DNA of 64,000 nt from Rebecca billardiae RCC1528 (Eukaryota > Protista > Haptophyta), in contig OZ251235.1 in assembly GCA_965240325.2 (NCBI GenBank), positions 1,178,001 through 1,242,000 of the forward strand. The letters run 5' to 3'. The translations under genes and the position numbers were made by a program. A model generated the notes under the pieces. That model ran no database searches. It was not told where the DNA came from and saw only the letters and a list, made by a program, of their open reading frames with translations. Below are positions 58,001 to 64,000 of this stretch, in pieces (the stretch's first letter is position 1; the number at the start of each line of letters is the position of its first letter).

Positions 58001-59226
58001 CGAAGGGCTATATGAGGTGCCCGCGCCCCCCGTGCCAGACCACCCGCGCCGGCTGGGACGGCTCCACCAGCCGCACCAGCGGCGGCGCATCGCCCTCGTA
58101 CAGCCGGTGTACTTCCCAGAGTCGTCACGGTGCGCGGCGCCGAGCCAGCCCGGCGTGCTCGCAGACACAGACGATGGCACCTCGGCCAATCAGGCGGCGG
58201 CGACCGCGCGCGCCGCGCGCGCCATGCTCGGCGGCGCGCACGCGCTCTCGGCGGCGTATGTGCCCAGTCAAGACGAGGTGAGCGCACTGCGCGCATTCGC
58301 CGAGTGGCGCGAGGCGCGCGGCCACGCGTGCGCGGCGGCGGGCCCGTTGCTCGCGCTCGAGCTCAACGCAGACTCGCCGCTCGGCTGGCTCGGCGTGCCG
58401 AACCTGCTGGGCAGCGCACTCGTCGCGCTCTTCGACGATGACCCCGAGAGCGGCGGCACGGCGCGGAGCGCTGAGGTCGGGAGCGCGGGGGCGAGGCTCA
58501 GCCCGCGCGACGCGCTGAGCGAATCGGCGGAGCTTCTGCCGTGCGCGCTCGTGCGCGCGTGCGCGCGCGAGAGAGCGCGCGCGCGCCCTCGTGGCGTGCG
58601 CGCCCGACTGTGCGCACTCACGGAGCCGTCCACGCGCGCCTATCACCGCCGCCTCTCCGGCCTCGCGCGCGCTGCGCCCGCGGCGCCCGCGCCAACGCCC
58701 GCATCGCGCCCGCAGGTTCGAATGCCCACGCGCCAGCAGGCTCGGCCAGTTCGAGAATCGAGCGATCATCGTCGCCTCGGACGTGCCGCCATCGCGCCAG
58801 GCTGCAGTGCACGACGCGGTGGCCACGCTGCGCGCCGACCCCGCTCTCCGCGACCACTATGATCTCGAGGCCTCACCGGCAGACCCGACCGAGCTCACGG
58901 ACCCAGGCCGTGACCGCCAGGCCGACCGCCGCCCGGCCGCGCTGCGCCTGCTCTCCGATGACGTGGAGCGCGCACCGCATGAGCGCGTGATCGAGTCGTG
59001 GCGCGCAGCGCTCAGCCAGCCCTTCCATTACACGGTGCCCCCAGAGGGCAGCAGGCTGACGGTGCGGCTGGGCGCGGAGCAGAGGCTGTGGGGCGCGTTC
59101 GCAGCGGTCCCGGAGCACCCACGCACGCCGCATGGCAAAGGCGTGCGCAGGGCGGCGGCAGTTGTGGACGGCTTGCCGCGCGAGGTGGAGCTCGATGCGT
59201 CGGCATGTGTTGCTCACATTGGCTGA
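55054..59226 (+). CDS. Pol-beta-superfamily nucleotidyltransferase-like protein with probable C-terminal C2-like domain(s); exons 55054-56152, 56415-58540, 58716-59226
   Basis: GLLRGLDWSGLVAAGGSV, ADIDLF, YPFRHVQVVL, FDVDCCAFAWDG and RRSQTYESRLLKYARRGF. C2-like LAVQLRAARGMP...LELNADS..LLGSALV. Confidence 0.75.
56163..56256. repeat. 19-bp palindromic minisatellite (about 5 units) inside an intron
   Basis: GGGCAC(G/C)GTGCCCTCCTGA in tandem, with no spacers. Confidence 0.92.
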
Positions 59227-60152
59227 CAACAGGCAGACCGACGACAGCAGTGACAGGCCGACGACTACGATCTCTCTACTATATATATATATATATGCAG
59301 TTATTCGATCTAAGTCGGCGTCGCTGCGCCGCGGCGTCGCGTAGCACTAGCACGGCAGCAGGCGCTGGCTACCGCTACACTCGCGAAACTACTTAGTCTA
59401 CTATTATATCATCAACGGAAAAGGCTCGGCTCCCGTGAATGTGATGACACTGAGATCGTAGTCCATCCGAGACTCGAGAGACCGAGATGCTGCTTGCCGA
59501 TGTCGATGAGTGTGGCTCTCTGTCTCTCTCTCGATCTCTACCTCTCATAGTCTCGATATATATCGCGTCTCTGGCCGTACTCTCTCTCGCGCGAGTAGTT
59601 CGATCGTCTCTCTCTCTAGTCTCTCTCTCTCACTCTCAGTCTCATCCGTCTAGCTAGTAGCTAGCTAGCTTAGAGCCTAGATCATGACTCTGCGCGCTGT
59701 GTATCGTCGTCGTCGTCTGCTGTCGTACTATATCATATCGTATACTGTATCGTCGGCTCATCGAGCAGACGACTGATGACGTGCCGTGTCACGCCTGACG
59801 TGAGCAGACCAGCGAGAGTGAGCGCAATGAGAATAGTCCGGTAAGTAGACGCGACAGTCGAGTGAGTCGTAGTCCGGCGCGCGTGATGTCGTCTGATGAC
59901 GATCGTCATCATCAGCGCATCAGCATCCGATTGCCATGACGATGATGATGATAATAATAATTAATATTTTAAGTAGTATTACGACTTCACTCGTCAAATT
60001 GTATGAGACGCGTGACACATCATCAGCGCATGCAAATTATTTTACGGCTGTAGTATAAAGATACTACTACTGCTACTGTTATTTCAAAGGCGCTAGGCGA
60101 CAGGCGGACAGTCTTAAGCCGTTATCGTAAGCCGTGGCTGCTACTTTGCCTA

Positions 60153-62065
60153 CTACTGAAACACGCGTACGTGGGCCACCTCGAAGGAGGCTGGGCAGAC
60201 ATCGTCCGCGATGCCGTCCTGGCCGGCCCATTTGCCACCGACCGCGAGGTTCAGGATGAGGTGGAAGCGCTGGTCGAAGGGCCACGTGCGCCACGCGCCA
60301 TCGTCCGTATCGACCTTCCCCGCCCGCTCGCCCGGCGCCGGCTGCGCATCCTCCTCCGCCGGCGGCGCGCTCGCCTGCTCCACCTCGCGAGCAAACTCAA
60401 AATACGGCTCGGCGCCGTCGATGGAGAAGCGCAGGCGGTCGGGCGTCCACTGCACCGTGTACGTGTGGAAGGTCTCGTGCGCGTCCTCCAGCGTCGTCTG
60501 CGCACCGGCCGGCCGCGCGGGTCAGTGGCGCGCGGCGGATGAGAGCGCGCGGCCGACGGCTGCGCGGGCGCGCGCGCCGCGCGGCGGCGTGCCTCTTCCA
60601 GCCGGTGGGTGCCGTTCCGATGGTTGTGCGCATCCGTGTGCACGGAGGCGCGCACGACGCCCGGATCCGCCCCGATCTGCTCCATGATGTCGATCTCGCC
60701 CGATGCGGGCCAGCTGCGCCGCGCGAGCGCGAAAGGGCGCGGGAGGGACGGGCGTGTGCTGAGCCCTGTACGCGGCGTGAGCGCGCGTGCCGCGCACTGG
60801 CACTGCCGCCGAGCTGCGGCGGTGCGCGCGCGCGCGTGCTCGCGCGATCCGCCGACGCCGCCGACGGGGCGAGGCGCGCGCACCGGCCGTACGCGTTGTC
60901 CGTGGGGGCGAGCCAGATGGCGCCCCAGAGGCCACGGCGTGCAGGGGGCAGCTTGGCGCACACGTCCACCCTGCGTGCGCGCGCGCGCGCGCGCGCGCGT
61001 GCCGGGTGCCGGGTGCCCTGGCTGAGCGCTGGCCCTGAGCAGTGGCCGGTGATCGCGTGCGCGCAGGTGGGTAGCAGGTACTGTACAGTACAGTACGCGC
61101 GACGCGCGGGCGTACACCGCGGCGCACCTGCCGCACACCCAGTCGCCCCGCGTGCGAGTGCGCAGCCGAGCGCTGCTGAAGTCGCACCCGTTGCACGGCT
61201 CCCGCAGCGCGGTGATGCGCAGCGCGCCGTCGCGTGCGCACGCGTTCTCCACGCGGCCCTCCGTGTACCACTGTAGCTCTGCGGGGGGTGAGGGGCATGG
61301 CCGGGATGGGCGGGCATGGGGGGCGCGGCGTGCGCGGCCGTTGCGCGGGCGGGGGCGACGCGCTCGCGCGCGCGCCGGCGCGATGCGCGAGCGCGCACCC
61401 CCGTGCGAGGGCTGATGGATCCACTTGTTGCAGTTGGTTTGGAACTCCCAGCGCGCCGGGTCTGGCAGGCCTTCGTACTCGAACTCGTCGCGCCAGACGA
61501 GCTGCTCGCCCGGGGCTGCGGCGGGCTGCCGCGCTGGCGCGACGACGGGGGGCTCCGCGAGGGGGGGCGCTGCTGTGCGAGCGCTCGCGGGGGCCGAGGC
61601 GAAGGCGGCGGGCGGTGTGCGCAGGTCGTGCGGGGCGGCACTCGGCCGCTCATCGACAAGGCCGATCTGGGCGAGGTCGATTGCGCCGTCGTCTGCCGGG
61701 CGCTCGGGTGCCAGCAGAGGCGACGAGGCCACGGCATCCGCGGAGATCGCCGAGGCCCCGACGAAGGCGGACGGCGGCGTGCCAACCACCTCATGCGCGA
61801 TCACGATCGGTCCGGCGCAGGCAACGTCGATCTGGGCGAGGTCGATCGCGCTGTCGTCGGCCGGGCGCTCGGGCGCCAGCAGCACCGACGAGTCCACGGC
61901 GCTCGTGGGCTCTCCATGGAACTGCTGGCCACCCGTGCGCGGAACGTCTCGCGAGGGCCGAGGGCAACCGAACAGACGCGACACGCACGCCACAAGCGCG
62001 CGCAGGAGATCCGAGAGAGCCGCCCGTGCGGTCTGTGGGCATGGCCGGCTTGAGCCGGGCGCCAT
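60153..62065 (-). CDS. GH16 beta-1,3-glucanase (laminarinase-like); exons 62065-61399, 61278-61128, 60970-60884, 60713-60593, 60497-60153
   Basis: LVWRDEF, ELQWY, FSSARL, GLWGAIWL, WPASGEIDIME (catalytic ExDxxE) and WPFDQRFHLILNLAVGG. The last intron is GC-AG. The start codon is uncertain. Confidence 0.92.
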
Positions 62066-63553
62066 GCCTGTCGGCCAAGACGACAGGCACGGCCCGCGCG
62101 GAAGGGGGGAAAGACAGTCCGGAGCCACAACAAGGTGTGCAGGGGAGGCACCGCGGGAGATCCAACGCTGCTCGTATCTTCGCCCTTGGCCAGGCAGTGG
62201 ATGAATTGGAATATGGGCCAGCCTCCGACGACGACCCCAGGTAGCACTAGTAACACACGCAGATGCTGTCTCTAACCGATCTGGCGCTGCGTCCGCTGAG
62301 ACGATCTCTTCAGAAAGCTCCCATCAACAGCTTGTGAGAGTCAATCAGCCGGGCCGCCGGATTCAATCGTGTGCCTCAAGGCTCAAGGAGCTGTCGTCGA
62401 TTGACCTCAGGACGGTCTATACACACGAACGTTCCACGCGGCTGGGCGAGCCGCCTTCTCCACTGCAGGTGGCCACGCCGCCGATGGGATCAGGTCCCTG
62501 ACCTGCGGTGAGATCCCTCCTTGCCACACTACTGTACCTTGCATGGCCACGACGCTTGGATCGGCGGCGGCTCGTCCGAGCGCCGCCTCGCACCCAGGGC
62601 GGCGGCTCGTCACGCGCTGCGCGATGGTGTGCCCGCACGGGGCAAGGTGACATTGACCAGCCGGTATTTGCCTGCGCGGAAGAGGCGCGGCCTCCGAGCC
62701 CGCGCGACGACACGATCTCGTAGAGAAGGAAGGACAAGCTGTATGTATGCGTATGCGCAGTGTGCACACGCTCACACGCACACACGCGCACGCACAATGG
62801 CCAGCAGCACGCATGAGGAGCAGTCCATCACAGGCTCAGGCACGCCCACGCTTTTGTGCGCCTCGTGCGTACCGGTGGATGCCCAACGCTCAGGTTCTTT
62901 GCCACCCTCTACAGCATGTGTTTCATGGTTTAGGTGAACCTGGCTCTGATCCACTGCTGCTCCACGTTGACGCCTCTCCCGAGCAGGACAAGCTGCGTGA
63001 TTTCCACAATCTGGACGAGCTCTTACAAGGGCGCACGGCTCTCGTATCTTACAAAGTCATTCTCCTCGTCGTCGCTCGTGAGTTCACGACTGAATGGCAA
63101 GGAGTGGCCACGCCGAGAAGAGACAAGATGCGTCAGCTCGATCTCGGTGCGGACAGGAGTCCGTGGGCTCGTCGGACCCGAGTGGCCAGCCCGCACCGTT
63201 CGAATCGCAGATCTCGTGCCATCCACGACGGCTTCGACCAGGGGGCGAACCACGGCATTCTACATTTGCGGCTCGGCGCTCGTCAAGGGCAGCAGTCCAT
63301 CTGACACGGGATCTCGCGCCCACAGCTCCCGCCATTTCTCGTCCCGCCGGCCAACGGGCTCGCTTGCCGGTCAGTTTCCGGTGGACCACGCGAAATCCGG
63401 AATTCTGCGGCCTTGCGGGGTAAACTGTAGTGTACAGTACCCTTGATCAGAAGACGGGTATTCCGTTTTACTGGTCGTACGAATGAGATCCGCCAACCGC
63501 CATCCGCCGACGCAGTCCGCGCTCGTGGTTGTGTCGTCGGCGGCGGCCTGGCC

Positions 63554-64000
63554 ATGAACGATCTCGTGAAGCGCCAACGGACGTGTTTGCGCCAAGGCTT
63601 CGATGCCAAGTCTTGGGAGCCCCCGCTCACGCCGCGGGGAACCAATGCTCTCTTTGTGCTGGGCCTGTACCCGCAAGCCAACGCGAGCGTCACGAACGTG
63701 AGCCGCACCGAGATCGAGATGCGCGAGCTGCTTACGCCCGTGCCGCCCATCACCTGGGTGGACCTGTGCACGCTCAGCTCAACCACAACGAATGCTGCGA
63801 TTGACCAGCGCGTGCTCGCGAGCTTTGCGAGCGACGTCGAGCTCGTGTCCGCCTGGCTCACGCGCTTCAACGAGCACCTGGACTCGATGTGCGCGCGCTT
63901 CCCCGCATGCGCGTACGTGGCGGGGCGCACATGCCAGGCGGCATTCGACAAGGCCATCGAGCTGGGTCTCGTGAAGCGCATCGCATTCATCTCCGAGCAG
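63554..64000 (+). CDS. Hypothetical protein, 3'-truncated by the window; possible UDG-like alpha/beta fold
   Basis: Open frame from ATG 63554 to the window end with host-like codon usage. LFVLGLYP, ITWVDL and AYVAG resemble UDG-superfamily strands. Confidence 0.5.
   Translation, partial: MNDLVKRQRTCLRQGFDAKSWEPPLTPRGTNALFVLGLYPQANASVTNVSRTEIEMRELLTPVPPITWVDLCTLSSTTTNAAIDQRVLASFASDVELVSAWLTRFNEHLDSMCARFPACAYVAGRTCQAAFDKAIELGLVKRIAFISEQ

Noticed and set aside
62747-63304. 185-aa plus-strand ORF
   Set aside because: It has no motifs, and the minus strand looks more coding-like but is interrupted by stops, so it cannot be called.

Overview
This is a gene-dense, very GC-rich eukaryotic nuclear window with short GC-rich spliceosomal introns (mostly GTGCG...GCAG). 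Bipartite plastid-targeting peptides, a flagellar gene and a GH16 laminarinase point to a flagellated alga with a complex plastid, most plausibly a haptophyte (inference, not a database result). I could reconstruct about 17 host genes with frame-consistent exon structures: alpha-carbonic anhydrase, MAIP1/Tim44-like, TVP38/DedA, a RIN13-like Cys/His domain fused to an SNF2 ATPase, a WGR-WWE-WGR PARP, RRP46, a mitochondrion-targeted receiver/PEP-synthase-like protein, an ARM-TPR-MYND protein, CNOT9, a Cys-less pLGIC, a degenerate MORC-like protein, plastid PGK, a HAD/APP1-like phosphatase, cytochrome b5 reductase, FKBP-TPR-TM, SPEF2, a nucleotidyltransferase-C2 protein and GH16. Six gene pairs sit head-to-head, less than 300 bp apart. 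The main mobile element is a very young, complete Ty1/copia LTR retrotransposon (3341-10798, minus strand, TAATA target-site duplication). It has TG...TA termini, no recognisable primer-binding site and an integrase lacking the HHCC ligands. Its Gag-PR stop can be bypassed in frame either by a host-type intron or by a -1 slippery site, which is the best candidate for a new mechanism here. Other highlights are a Ulp1-protease-carrying element with an A...B-A-B repeat layout, a 120-bp palindrome beside a copy that differs only by insertions, and a twin-arginine (lumenal) alpha-CA. All family assignments come from motif recognition by eye; no searches were run.
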